Below, one piece after another: positions 37,201-46,757 of a stretch of DNA of 64,000 nucleotides. The position numbers and the translations under genes were made by a program. Each line of letters starts with the position of its first letter. The first letter of the stretch is position 1. Under the pieces are notes generated by a model. That model did not search any database and was not told the DNA's origin. It was given only the letters and a program-made list of their open reading frames with translations. This DNA comes from a virus. Lineage: Duplodnaviria; Caudoviricetes. Location of the stretch: positions 64,001 to 128,000 of IMG/VR virus record IMGVR_UViG_2917802685_000001. The stretch is one strand, 5' to 3'.

Positions 37201-37940
37201 CCAAGTCTTCCCGCCCGCAGGCCGACCCGCCCGCGCTGGCCGCCGCCGCCGAGACCCTCCAGGCAGCCGCCGCGCGCCTCCTGGCCGCCGGTGTGCCCCT
37301 GGCGGACGTCACCGCGCTCGCCGAGGCCGCCCGCGACTACGCCGCCGAGCACGCAGCCGCAACGGTCGCCCGGCTCGACCGCAGCATCGGACTGCTCTCC
37401 CCCTCACCCCTCTCCACTAAGCCCATCGACGCCGTCCGCGCCACCGCGCTCCCGCTCATCCCCGCCGCCGACCACGAGCACGTGTGGGTGACCGCGCTGG
37501 ACGGGGACGACGAGCCCGCACGGGACGCCGACGGGAACACGTGGACGCACTGCGGCGTGTGCGGAGATCCCCGAGACGGCGCGCCGCGCCCCGTGTTCCT
37601 GAGCACGCCGTGCGCCCGGCCCGACTGCGAGCACACGCTCAACTGGCACACCGGCACCGGCGGGCACGGGTGCATCGCTCGCGGCGGCGCCTGCTCCTGC
37701 CCCGCCTTCGCCCAGGCCGACACCGACGCGCACCACCAGGCCCTCAATGACGGACGACCCAACGCCAGCGAGCGCGGCGTGCACTACGACATCGAGGAGG
37801 GACGTCCCGACGGCTACCCCGTGTGGCGCATCGTGCGCCACCTGGGCCGCAACGCCCGCGAGGTCACCGCGTACCGCCACCCCACTGCTGCCGACATCGT
37901 CGCCTCCGCCCTCAACACCGCCGCCCGCCATGAGGACTGA
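37197..37940 (+). CDS. hypothetical Cys/His-rich protein
   Basis: CGVC; C..PDCEH...H...C...CSC. Confidence 0.65.
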   Translation: MTKSSRPQADPPALAAAAETLQAAAARLLAAGVPLADVTALAEAARDYAAEHAAATVARLDRSIGLLSPSPLSTKPIDAVRATALPLIPAADHEHVWVTALDGDDEPARDADGNTWTHCGVCGDPRDGAPRPVFLSTPCARPDCEHTLNWHTGTGGHGCIARGGACSCPAFAQADTDAHHQALNDGRPNASERGVHYDIEEGRPDGYPVWRIVRHLGRNAREVTAYRHPTAADIVASALNTAARHED

Positions 37941-38286
37941 CCCCGTGACCGACCCCGCCGACCGGATGCCGACCGCCCGCGTCAAGCTCCCCGGCAGCTT
38001 TTGTGACTGGCTCGCCGCCACCCTCGCCGCCCTCGGTGACAGCCCCTCCCTCGCCTCCGTGCGCGCCACCCTCGACGCGGCCCGGCGCACCGAGCGGCGG
38101 CACGGCTACTTCCTCACCCTCGACGCCACCGAGCCCGTCCTGGAGATGCTCGGAGCGTTCGCCGCCGACTGCATCGCCCTGGGCCGTCCCGCCACCGGCC
38201 ACAACACCCGCGAGGCCGCCCGCACCGCCCGGCTGCGCATCCACCACGCCCACACCACCCTGACCGACCAGGAGCCGACCCCGTGA
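37930..38286 (+). CDS. hypothetical protein
   Basis: Overlapping operon position. Confidence 0.55.
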   Translation: MRTDPVTDPADRMPTARVKLPGSFCDWLAATLAALGDSPSLASVRATLDAARRTERRHGYFLTLDATEPVLEMLGAFAADCIALGRPATGHNTREAARTARLRIHHAHTTLTDQEPTP

Positions 38287-38723
38287 CCGTCCAGCCGCCC
38301 GCCCGGCGCCCCTGCGCCTCCTGCCCGTACCGCGAGGACGTCCCGCCGGGCATCTGGGCCGAGAAGGAGTACGCCAAGCTCCCCACCTTCGACGAGCCGA
38401 CCTGGGCCCAGCCCGGCACGCTGTTCCTGTGCCACCAGCACGACCGCGACGACGACCGCGCCCGCGTCTGCGCCGGGTGGGCCGGATGCCACGACATGAG
38501 CCAGAGCCTTGGTCTGCGCATCGCGGCAGCGTCCGGGGAAGTCACGCCCGAGACCGCCGAGGCCATCTACGACTACGTCTCGCCCGTGCCGCTGTTCGCC
38601 TCCGGCGCCGAGGCCGCCGCCCACGGCCGCAGCGGCATCGACGACCCGGACATCGACGCCGTCCTCGCCATCCGCAAGATCGAACGCAGGCGCACCGACC
38701 TCACCGAACCCAAGGGGAACTGA
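38283..38723 (+). CDS. DUF6283-like protein
   Basis: PCASCPYREDVPPGIW..EYAKL...FLCHQ...CAGW...LFASG.EAA.HG. Confidence 0.7.
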   Translation: MTVQPPARRPCASCPYREDVPPGIWAEKEYAKLPTFDEPTWAQPGTLFLCHQHDRDDDRARVCAGWAGCHDMSQSLGLRIAAASGEVTPETAEAIYDYVSPVPLFASGAEAAAHGRSGIDDPDIDAVLAIRKIERRRTDLTEPKGN

Positions 38724-38726
38724 CCC

Positions 38727-39293
38727 ATGGACACGCCTCCCGAGTGCCTGGAGATGATCAGCACGCACGGCGCCATCGTCCAGTGCGAGAAGCACGCCGC
38801 CCACTCCGCCAGACGCATGCCCTCCTGGCGCTGGCACGAGGGTCAGGGCGGTGTCCGCTGGCCCGCCGCGCCGCGTGACTCGTTCCTGGCCAACGACGGC
38901 CCGCGCTGGAACCGGCCCGACAGCGGGTTCGACGTGATCGGCCGTCTCGACGAGCCCGGCATCCCCGACGGCCCGACCGTGCGCGCCATGCTGCTCGCCA
39001 CCGCCCTGTGCGCTGGGGCCGATCTGGACGGCACGCCCGAGTCGTGGGGCACGGCCGCCGCGCTGCGGGCCCGGTTCGAGACCGGCACGCCGCGCCTGTC
39101 CTACGACGAGACCCTCGCGTTCGCCGACCTCGCCCGCGTGTACGCCATACCGGACCACCGCCAGACCGTGCTGCGCGCCCTGGGCTACCTGAGCGCCGTC
39201 AACGGCCTGCCGCGAACGACCTGCCGGGGCCTTGACGACAACGGCGACAAGTGCGGGCGCAGCAACCACCACCGTGGTGACTGCCGCCACTGA
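38727..39293 (+). CDS. hypothetical protein
   Basis: Cys/His motifs at both ends. Confidence 0.65.
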   Translation: MDTPPECLEMISTHGAIVQCEKHAAHSARRMPSWRWHEGQGGVRWPAAPRDSFLANDGPRWNRPDSGFDVIGRLDEPGIPDGPTVRAMLLATALCAGADLDGTPESWGTAAALRARFETGTPRLSYDETLAFADLARVYAIPDHRQTVLRALGYLSAVNGLPRTTCRGLDDNGDKCGRSNHHRGDCRH

Positions 39294-39334
39294 CGACGAA
39301 TGACTTCGAGAATTCTCTACGACCCCACCTAATG

Positions 39335-39356
39335 GCATCAGTTGGTGCCCTAGAGT
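39335..39356 (+). promoter_or_regulatory. Palindrome promoter copy 14 (no clear -35)
   Basis: GCATC-agtt-GGTGC-cc-TAGAGT; GAGAATTCTC at 39308. Confidence 0.65.
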
Positions 39357-39389
39357 GGGGTCGTTGTCTCTGAGAGGACGGACCACCAC

Positions 39390-40016
39390 ATGCACGACAC
39401 CGAAGCCCCGCACGAGACCGAGGTGATCGCCCTCCGCCGGGTCATCGCCGAGAAGCACCCCACGGCCACCAGCACTCAAGTCCACGAGCACGAGGGCCAG
39501 TTCATCGGCATCACCTTCCGCGTGACCGCCCGCACGCTGCAGTACTTCCGCTGGGCCGACCCCACCGGCGCCATGCCGGACAGCCCCCGCTACACCCGCG
39601 ATCACGCCGCCGCCGTCCTCCTGGCCCGTGCCGAGCGCGCCGCCGTCCGCATCACCCCCGCCGCCCTATGGACGCGCGCCGGTGAGGAGCAGGTGTCGGT
39701 GCTGAAGGAGGACGCGGGTGACTGCCCCGACTGCGATAAGCAGCTCACCCGCGCCATGTTCCGCTGGACCGAGCGCACGCCGGACCCGGACCCGTTCGAA
39801 GCCAGCCTGTTCTCCGGCGACGGCCGGTTCTCCTCACTGCGGCACAGCGACGGCAGCCCTGACCACGAAGGCCCGTTCGGCCCCAGCTCCAAGCCCGCCC
39901 GCACCGCCTGCCCCGAGTGCCTGCGCCCCGGCGTCACCTTCCAGGACACCGGCTACGGCTGGAACGCCAACTGCCCGCACTGCGGCTGGCAGAACTACAC
40001 CGACAGCGGCGACTGA
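39390..40016 (+). CDS. Zn-ribbon protein
   Basis: CPDC, CPEC, CPHC. Confidence 0.7.
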   Translation: MHDTEAPHETEVIALRRVIAEKHPTATSTQVHEHEGQFIGITFRVTARTLQYFRWADPTGAMPDSPRYTRDHAAAVLLARAERAAVRITPAALWTRAGEEQVSVLKEDAGDCPDCDKQLTRAMFRWTERTPDPDPFEASLFSGDGRFSSLRHSDGSPDHEGPFGPSSKPARTACPECLRPGVTFQDTGYGWNANCPHCGWQNYTDSGD

Positions 40017-40022
40017 GCCAGC

Positions 40023-40051
40023 TAGACACGCAACACATGTTTCGATAGAGT
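40023..40051 (+). promoter_or_regulatory. Palindrome promoter copy 15 (17-bp spacer)
   Basis: TAGACA-c-GCAAC-acat-GTTTC-ga-TAGAGT. Confidence 0.8.
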
Positions 40052-40128
40052 GGGGCCGTTGGTGGGGCCGGTGTCAGACCCGGCCCCTACGCTCCCACCA
40101 CCATCACCCTCCCCAGGAGAACGACACC

Positions 40129-41004
40129 ATGGGAATCCCGAAGGTCGACGAGGCCACCACGATCGCCCTGGAAGCGATCCGTGACGCCGCCCCCGGCCTG
40201 CTCACCATGACCGAGGTCTCCAAGAAGGTCGCCTCGCACGCAGACGTCTCCATCGGCACTGCCCGCAACCGGCTGCGCGCCGCCGTCGCGGCTGGCGGAC
40301 TCCTCGAACTCACCCCCGAGACGCGGAAGTTCTTCGTCGACCTGCCCGGCGAGAAGACCGCCGGGGTCGGCCCGTTCTACATCGCCCAGGAGTGGACGGG
40401 CACCGGCCGGGAGCACCGCAAGGTGATCACCACCGACGACAGCAAGATGCGCCCCAGCTCCTACGGGCCCGGCAACACCACGTACCTGGCCGACCCCGAG
40501 CAGATCCGCGAGTACGTCCAGCAGCTCGCCGACGAGCAGAAGGCCAAGAGGGAGGCCGAGATCGAGGCGGCCAAGGCCGAGAAGAAGGCCGAGAAGAAGG
40601 AGTTCGGCCGCCGGTTCCCCGGCCTCCTGCGCACCCTGCGCCGGTTCCGCCTGCTCGGCACGGAGATCCGAGAGCACCGGGGCCGCTTCGCCTCGGTGAA
40701 GACCAGCACGCACCTCGAAGACGAGGACCGGCGCGGCAAGGAGGCGCTGGCGATCGAGGAGCGCGACGCGAGCCTGACCATCTACGCGTGGGGCGACGAG
40801 AACGTGGCCCTGCTCAATTCCCTCCTGACGGCCGGGATCGCCGCGCACATCGAGTCCCAGCCGCTGACCCTCTGCGCGCACTGCGGTGGCCGCATCCTGC
40901 AGGTCCCCCAGGGCGAGGACGGAGGGTTCTGGTGGCACATCGACTCCACCAGCGCGTCCTGCGCCCAGGGTGACACCAAGGCCGAGCCCGCGCAGGAGAA
41001 CTGA
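40129..41004 (+). CDS. hypothetical protein, possible N-terminal winged HTH
   Basis: LTMTEVSKKV...VSIGTARNRL...GGLL; CAHC. Confidence 0.7.
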   Translation: MGIPKVDEATTIALEAIRDAAPGLLTMTEVSKKVASHADVSIGTARNRLRAAVAAGGLLELTPETRKFFVDLPGEKTAGVGPFYIAQEWTGTGREHRKVITTDDSKMRPSSYGPGNTTYLADPEQIREYVQQLADEQKAKREAEIEAAKAEKKAEKKEFGRRFPGLLRTLRRFRLLGTEIREHRGRFASVKTSTHLEDEDRRGKEALAIEERDASLTIYAWGDENVALLNSLLTAGIAAHIESQPLTLCAHCGGRILQVPQGEDGGFWWHIDSTSASCAQGDTKAEPAQEN

Positions 41005-41006
41005 CC

Positions 41007-41453
41007 ATGCCCAACTCCGCCACCTGCCCCGGCTGCCGGAACTACCCCGTCACCGTGACGCCGACCGGCGCCCTGCGCGCCCACGACACCGGGACCGGAA
41101 AGCCGTGCCCCGGCAGGGGTTTCCGTCTCGACCAGCCCATCTACCCGCAGCTCATCAAGTTCTGGGGCTGGGAGACCGGCCAGAAGCTGATGAAGAGGGA
41201 GTTCCCCGAGTGGGTGTCGCCGATGGAGAGCGGCCCTCACCCGCAGGGCACCCTGCAGGAGCTGATCATGAAGGCATACCCCCGCGCGGACGCCTTCGGC
41301 TACGCCGGAGCGCTCACCGGCACCGGCAAGGGCCTGACGTTCTCCGTCGGCCGCCGCTGGTACTTCGCCGCCGAGGACGGCTTCGTCGGCGAGAACTACC
41401 TGCGCCGCTCGGACGCAGCTGACGCCTTCCACGCATACATGAAGGAGAACTGA
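41007..41453 (+). CDS. hypothetical protein
   Basis: CPGC...LRAH...CPG. Confidence 0.7.
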   Translation: MPNSATCPGCRNYPVTVTPTGALRAHDTGTGKPCPGRGFRLDQPIYPQLIKFWGWETGQKLMKREFPEWVSPMESGPHPQGTLQELIMKAYPRADAFGYAGALTGTGKGLTFSVGRRWYFAAEDGFVGENYLRRSDAADAFHAYMKEN

Positions 41454-41456
41454 CCC

Positions 41457-41765
41457 ATGACCACCACGCCCGCCGCCTTCCACTTCGTTGCCCCCGTCAC
41501 CGTCAAGGACGGCGAGCTGACCGCCCACACCGACGACGGCAAGGTGTCCGTGCGCATCACGGACGCGGTCGACCGCATCGTCGGCGGGATGCACCCGGGC
41601 AACCTCTACGCCGTGTGGGAGTTCGACGAGCGCCCCAACCCGGCCCACGCCGCCACCACGGCCCAGCAGGAGCGCCCGGCTCGCATCCTCGTCCACCCCG
41701 GCCACGGTGAGCTGTTGCAGCTCGCCGACTCCTACCGCCTGGACCTGACCGTCAAGGAGTTCTGA
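41457..41765 (+). CDS. hypothetical protein
   Basis: GGAG RBS. Confidence 0.65.
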   Translation: MTTTPAAFHFVAPVTVKDGELTAHTDDGKVSVRITDAVDRIVGGMHPGNLYAVWEFDERPNPAHAATTAQQERPARILVHPGHGELLQLADSYRLDLTVKEF

Positions 41766-41767
41766 CC

Positions 41768-42250
41768 ATGGCCATCGCCTGCGCCGACGACTGGGCCGAC
41801 GCCCTCGACGCGTACCAGACCCACCACGGCATGAGCGCGGGCGACCTCGTCTCTAGCGCCTGTGCCGCCGGGGAGGTCGTGGGCATCACCCTCGACCCCC
41901 GGCACCCGGCCGCCGACGACGAGCGGCCCCACCTCGCCGCAGACAACGGCTGGGTCGTCCGCTACGACCCGAAGTACGGCTGGTGGGAGGGCGTCACCTA
42001 CTCACTGTGGACGCTCGTCCACGAGGCCGACGGGAGCAGCGACGCCGCCTGGGTGCTGCGCTACGGCATCGGCGCCGACACCCAGGTGTACGACACGAAC
42101 CCCGACCTGGGGCCGGACGACCACGCCGACGCCCAGGAGTGGGGCAAGCGGGTCCTGGCCAACCACCACTACACCAACATCGCCATCTGGATCGCGCACC
42201 GGCCCGGCCCGGACACCGCGCCCAGCCACTGGGTTGCCAAGGAGGACTGA
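41768..42250 (+). CDS. hypothetical protein
   Basis: AAGGAG RBS. Confidence 0.65.
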   Translation: MAIACADDWADALDAYQTHHGMSAGDLVSSACAAGEVVGITLDPRHPAADDERPHLAADNGWVVRYDPKYGWWEGVTYSLWTLVHEADGSSDAAWVLRYGIGADTQVYDTNPDLGPDDHADAQEWGKRVLANHHYTNIAIWIAHRPGPDTAPSHWVAKED

Positions 42251-42253
42251 CCC

Positions 42254-42448
42254 ATGAGCCAGGATCCGACCCTGGACGCCACCCGCGACTTCGAGCAGCT
42301 GGTGGACGTGACCCTCAAGAAGCTGGGTCTGGACCCGCGCGAGGCCAGCAACGTGCGCGCCTGCCTGAGCAAGGCGTACAGCTTCGGCTACGACGCCTGC
42401 CAGGCCGACGCCATGAACGGCATGTTCGGCCGCATCGGAGAGGACTGA
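42254..42448 (+). CDS. hypothetical protein
   Basis: GGAGG RBS. Confidence 0.6.
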   Translation: MSQDPTLDATRDFEQLVDVTLKKLGLDPREASNVRACLSKAYSFGYDACQADAMNGMFGRIGED

Positions 42449-42450
42449 CC

Positions 42451-42738
42451 ATGCCCGTCGCAAAAACCCTGTCCGGCAAGGTGATCACCTGCGACGGCTG
42501 CAAGGCGCCGCTCGAAGAGGTCACCGAGGACATGAAGCACCCGATCCCGCCGGGCCTGTACCTGCCGGGCGTGCGGTTCTACGTCTGCCGCCCGCTGCCC
42601 GGCCGCGTCTCCTGCCTGACCCGGGCGCGCCAGCGGGAGGCCGAGCACCTGCGCCAGTGCGGACGCTGCCAGTACACCCACGGCCGCCTGCGGACGACCG
42701 CCCTCATCATCGAGCTGACCAGCGAGGAACCGCAGTGA
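42451..42738 (+). CDS. hypothetical Cys-rich protein
   Basis: CDGC, CGRC. Confidence 0.6.
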   Translation: MPVAKTLSGKVITCDGCKAPLEEVTEDMKHPIPPGLYLPGVRFYVCRPLPGRVSCLTRARQREAEHLRQCGRCQYTHGRLRTTALIIELTSEEPQ

Positions 42739-43205
42739 ACGAGCCAAAGATCATCCAGGCGGTAAGGCCGACCCGGCCCGCCTACAGCCTGCGGGAGGCC
42801 GAGGATCTGATGACGATCCTCCTGCAGAGCGGGCACCCGCAGGCCGACCACCTCGTCACCAAGCTGGTCACCGCCGCCGAGCAGCCCGGTCCGTACCTGG
42901 AACTGATGGAGCGCATCCGGACGTCCCTTACCCTCGGCACCGATGAGCCTGCCGAGCCGGACCGCAGCCCCTGCGACCGGTGCCACGGCGGGAATCTGTA
43001 CGACCTGATGGGGCACACCTACATGGGCCACCGGGTCACCAACTCCCTCGCCCGCCGGGGGGTGATGACGTTCGAGGAGCTGACCGCGCGCAGCACGGCA
43101 TGGCTGCTGGACGAGGGCGGCCTGGGCGCCAAGGGCTTCCACCTGGTCCGGGAGAAGGTCGGCGGCCGGGCCTGGTCGGCGATGGAGGCCCGTTCGGAAG
43201 GCTGA
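42735..43205 (+). CDS. protein with RNA polymerase alpha-CTD-like domain
   Basis: [44 protein letters not shown]. Confidence 0.65.
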   Translation: MNEPKIIQAVRPTRPAYSLREAEDLMTILLQSGHPQADHLVTKLVTAAEQPGPYLELMERIRTSLTLGTDEPAEPDRSPCDRCHGGNLYDLMGHTYMGHRVTNSLARRGVMTFEELTARSTAWLLDEGGLGAKGFHLVREKVGGRAWSAMEARSEG

Positions 43206-43214
43206 CCACACCCC

Positions 43215-43243
43215 TAGACGCGCAACTGTTGATGCATTAGAGT
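43215..43243 (+). promoter_or_regulatory. Palindrome promoter copy 16 (17-bp spacer)
   Basis: TAGACG-c-GCAAC-tgtt-GATGC-at-TAGAGT. Confidence 0.85.
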
Positions 43244-43336
43244 GGAGCCGTTGTCAGGTGCTCTCGCCCGCCAGCTGGGTACCTGCAGCAAACCACCGCC
43301 ACCCCCCTCGACCCGCCACGAGGAGAACACCCCGCC

Positions 43337-43534
43337 ATGCGCCCCATCCTGGCGTTCGCGCCCATAGTGCCGTCCGCCCTCACGCCCGCCGTCTGCCTGT
43401 GGCTGCACTTCCGCTACGGCTCCACCCCGCAGGGCAGCGCCCTGTGCTACAACCTCACCGGCCTGTACGCGGTCGTCACCGTCGTCCTCGCCGTCGTCGG
43501 CCGCGCCTGGGTCGCCCCGGGGGCCGAGCAGTGA
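43337..43534 (+). CDS. small 2-TM membrane protein
   Basis: Two hydrophobic segments; GAGGAG RBS. Confidence 0.6.
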   Translation: MRPILAFAPIVPSALTPAVCLWLHFRYGSTPQGSALCYNLTGLYAVVTVVLAVVGRAWVAPGAEQ

Positions 43535-43875
43535 GCGACGACGGCCACCGCGAGTGGGTCGCCGCCACCCGCGACGCCTACCCCGAGACGTTCACCGAGC
43601 TGCTCATCCCGCGCGCTTTCCTGGCTGGTCACATCGCCGCCAGCCAGCCCGCCGCGCCGGAGGAACTGTCCCTGCAGCTCGACCACGTCGGCGGGACCCC
43701 GGCCCTCGGGAACGCGGTGCGCGCCCAGTGGCCGGTGACGCTTCTCCGGCCGCTGGCCGACTACGCCGAGGACTGCGCCCGCGCCTGGAGCCCCGTCACC
43801 TGGCGCACCGCGCACGTCGCGGCCGACGCCCTCGCCGAGCAGGTCAATCGTCAACTCGCCAGGGAGTCCCAGTGA
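43531..43875 (+). CDS. hypothetical protein
   Basis: GTGA overlap. Confidence 0.55.
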   Translation: MSDDGHREWVAATRDAYPETFTELLIPRAFLAGHIAASQPAAPEELSLQLDHVGGTPALGNAVRAQWPVTLLRPLADYAEDCARAWSPVTWRTAHVAADALAEQVNRQLARESQ

Positions 43876-44192
43876 TGCAGCCGATCACCATGGCCGATGC
43901 CGCCGACCTGGGCGTGCCCGAGTGCTTCTCCGACGAGTTCGCCTTCCTGGAGCGCACCGGCCAGCTCCCGCCGTACGCGGGGCCGGTCGAGCGGGACTGG
44001 GGCAGCGACGCCTACGACCCGTACATGGACGACCGGTTCGAGGAGCCCGTCGTCCGCCTCGACAAGTTCGTGCCCGTGCCGGTCGCCGAGCCGGAGCCGT
44101 TGAAGGTCATGCCGACCGGTCGCCCCGGTCACGAGTCCTGGTGCGACATCGACCACGGATCCGTCCGCGAGCACTGCCCGCCCCCGTTCTGA
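43875..44192 (+). CDS. hypothetical acidic protein ending PPPF
   Basis: TGATG coupling. Confidence 0.6.
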   Translation: MQPITMADAADLGVPECFSDEFAFLERTGQLPPYAGPVERDWGSDAYDPYMDDRFEEPVVRLDKFVPVPVAEPEPLKVMPTGRPGHESWCDIDHGSVREHCPPPF

Positions 44193-44202
44193 GGGAGACC
44201 TG

Positions 44203-44469
44203 ATGCGCCGTCGCGACGCCGTCAAGTACGCCGCCGTCCTGGTCGCCGTGTTCGGCACGATCATCTGCGCGGCCGAGTTCCAGGACACCGGCGCCCAGCC
44301 GGTCCCGATGCAGCCCCACGTCGTCTCCATCACCACCACCCCGAGCTGTTCCCCGAGCGCCCTCGACACGGCCGCCGCGCTGGAGCGGGCCCGCGAGGAC
44401 GCCCGCCGGGTGCAGCACAAGGTGATGGACAACGCCAGCCGTTCCGCCACTTCGTGGCTGGCCCCGTAG
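44203..44469 (+). CDS. secreted/membrane-anchored small protein
   Basis: N-terminal basic + hydrophobic segment. Confidence 0.6.
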   Translation: MRRRDAVKYAAVLVAVFGTIICAAEFQDTGAQPVPMQPHVVSITTTPSCSPSALDTAAALERAREDARRVQHKVMDNASRSATSWLAP

Positions 44470-44493
44470 ACCACCCACCACACTGTCAACCCA

Positions 44494-44927
44494 CGTATCC
44501 CTAGGGGGGATCGACCGTATGAAGGTCACCAAGCTCAACCGCTACCTCTTCCCGCCCGGCGCCGTCACGGCCGCTGTGCTGCTCCTCGGCGCCTGCAGCG
44601 GCATGGAGGACAAGCCGGACAGCATCGCCGCCGACGTGATGTGCCACGACTTCGTCGAGAAGCAGCTCAAGAGTCCCGGTACCGCGAAGTTCGCCGGAGT
44701 CACGGACTACAAGTACAAGACGCTGAGCGACAAGAAGCCGTGGAAGTTCCGCATCACGTCCTGGGTCGACAGCCAGAACCCCATGGGCGGCGTCGTGCGC
44801 AACCCGTACGTGTGCACCGTCTCCACCAAGGACAACAAGACCTGGCACCTCGACGACCTGCAGTTCACCAACCCGAACTGACGCCCACCGCACACCGTTA
44901 CACCACTCCGTATCCCTAGGGGGGATC
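44494..44927 (+). repeat. 19-bp exact direct repeat before two surface-protein genes
   Basis: CGTATCCCTAGGGGGGATC at 44494-44512 and 44909-44927. Confidence 0.8.
44519..44881 (+). CDS. lipoprotein
   Basis: LLGAC lipobox; C..FV...LKSP.TAKF...VDSQN.MGG.VR..Y.C. Confidence 0.8.
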   Translation: MKVTKLNRYLFPPGAVTAAVLLLGACSGMEDKPDSIAADVMCHDFVEKQLKSPGTAKFAGVTDYKYKTLSDKKPWKFRITSWVDSQNPMGGVVRNPYVCTVSTKDNKTWHLDDLQFTNPN

Positions 44928-45467
44928 ATGTACGACCCGAACATCCCGCAGCAGCCCGCCAATGCCTCGCGCCCCTGGTACAAGATGAAGCGCACCTGGG
45001 CCGGTGCCCTCGTCGGCCTGTTCGTCATCGGCGCCATCGCGGGCGGCAACGACGACACCAAGAAGACGACCGCCGCCCCGTCGCCGACCAAGACGGTCAC
45101 CGCGACCCCGTCCCCGTCGCCGACCTCGGCCGACGACGCCCTCAAGAAGATCCAGGAGCACAACAAGAAGGGCCAGGACGACCTCAAGAACGCCATCGAG
45201 AAGGCGTCCAAGTCGGCCGAGGCCGCTGCGCCGCCCGCCGACAACGGCGACCTGCCGGACCTGGTCGGCATGAACCACCAGGCCGCCCAGGACACGGCCC
45301 AGGCCGCCGGGTTCTTCAACCTGCGCGAGAAGGACGCCTCCGGCGCCGAGCGGATGCTGCTGTGGGACCGCAACTGGAAGGTCTGCAAGCAGGAGCCCGC
45401 CCCGGGCAGCCACTCCAAGGAGATCACCGTCACGCTCTACTCGGTGAAGCTCGAAGAGTCCTGCTGA
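44928..45467 (+). CDS. membrane-anchored PASTA-domain protein
   Basis: PWYKMK + TM; LPDLVGMNHQAAQD...NWKVCKQEPAPG. Confidence 0.75.
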   Translation: MYDPNIPQQPANASRPWYKMKRTWAGALVGLFVIGAIAGGNDDTKKTTAAPSPTKTVTATPSPSPTSADDALKKIQEHNKKGQDDLKNAIEKASKSAEAAAPPADNGDLPDLVGMNHQAAQDTAQAAGFFNLREKDASGAERMLLWDRNWKVCKQEPAPGSHSKEITVTLYSVKLEESC

Positions 45468-45539
45468 TTCCGCAACGCCCCGACGGCCGCGCCCAGACAA
45501 TGGGCGCGGCCGTTCCTTCCCGCCTAGGAGAACACCATC

Positions 45540-45848
45540 ATGACCCTCAGCCAGCGCAGGCTCTTCTGCACTCTCGGCGGCCTCGCCCTCATCATCGTGG
45601 GCGGCATCTTCTGGCTCGTCGGCGACGAGAACTCCGTCACCGGCGACAACCGGATGGACCTCCACTCCGCCGCCGTGTGGGGTGAGGTGCTCAACTACGA
45701 GAGCACCGAGAAGAAGGACTACGACGACGCCAAGATCCTCAAGGAGAAGGGCGAGAACGAGAAGACGACCGGGCTCGCCCTCGTCGCCTTCGGCGCGGTC
45801 GTCTTCGTCCTCCGCTTCACCGCCCGCCCGACGTCCAAGGTGGCCTGA
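45540..45848 (+). CDS. 2-TM membrane protein
   Basis: Two hydrophobic segments. Confidence 0.7.
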   Translation: MTLSQRRLFCTLGGLALIIVGGIFWLVGDENSVTGDNRMDLHSAAVWGEVLNYESTEKKDYDDAKILKEKGENEKTTGLALVAFGAVVFVLRFTARPTSKVA

Positions 45849-45850
45849 CC

Positions 45851-46498
45851 ATGGCGCTTCCCGACAACCTGAAGAAGGGCGACCCGCTCGTCCTCGTCTC
45901 GGCCGACAGCAAGAGGGAGCCCCGCAACGTCGTCGTCTCCCGCGTCGGCCGTGCCTGGGTGTACGTCTGCCGCGAGGGTGAGACGGAGGAGACCAGAGAC
46001 CAGTTCAACCGCGTCACCGGCGTCTCGAAGGAGAACCACGGCTGGGCACGGTGGCTGGTCACGCCCGAGCAGTATGCGGAGATGAAGGAGCGCGAGCAGC
46101 TGCTGGCCGACCTGAAGGCGGCCGGAGTCGAGATCGAGCACAAGCAGCAGGACACGATGCCGCTGGCCAAGCTGCGTGGCCTGCTGGCCGCCGTGACCGA
46201 GAGCGACCTGGTCACCGTGCGCCTGCCTCGTGACCTCGCCTCCGAGGTCGCATGCATCATCGGCGCGCACCTGGACGAATACTTCACCCCGAACCCGTGG
46301 GGCGTCATCGAGGCCGTCCGCCAGATGGACCCCGAGCGCGGGGCCTCCATGTACCGGAGCCGCCGGTACAACGTCAACGGCGGCACCGTGTACGACACCG
46401 TCGACCGGGTGGAGGTCGAGACCGAGTTCGCCGACAGTGACGCCTCCCGCGCCTGGGTCAACACCCACGGCAAGACCTGCGCCAGCAGGGAGAGTTGA
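45851..46498 (+). CDS. hypothetical protein (SH3-like N-terminus)
   Basis: LKKGD...VSRVGRAWVYV. Confidence 0.7.
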   Translation: MALPDNLKKGDPLVLVSADSKREPRNVVVSRVGRAWVYVCREGETEETRDQFNRVTGVSKENHGWARWLVTPEQYAEMKEREQLLADLKAAGVEIEHKQQDTMPLAKLRGLLAAVTESDLVTVRLPRDLASEVACIIGAHLDEYFTPNPWGVIEAVRQMDPERGASMYRSRRYNVNGGTVYDTVDRVEVETEFADSDASRAWVNTHGKTCASRES

Positions 46499-46501
46499 CC
46501 C

Positions 46502-46750
46502 GTGATGAGGAGTGGGTACGTCTCCTGCGGCAAGGACCTCGGCCGCGAGCATCCGCCGCACACCTGCAGGCGACGCCACGGCCACAACACCGTGTGCAGT
46601 CACGCCCCCGACCTGAGCACCGACAGGGGCTTCAACGATGCCTGGGCCGAGTACTTCGCCGCGCACCCGGAGGTCCTGGCGAGCTGGGCCCACCAGAACG
46701 ACCGCTGGCCCCCGGGGTACGGCGACCAGAAGGAGTTGCTCAGTGCCTAG
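46502..46750 (+). CDS. hypothetical protein
   Basis: C...C...GH...C.H. Confidence 0.55.
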   Translation: MMRSGYVSCGKDLGREHPPHTCRRRHGHNTVCSHAPDLSTDRGFNDAWAEYFAAHPEVLASWAHQNDRWPPGYGDQKELLSA

Positions 46751-46757
46751 GCGGTCC

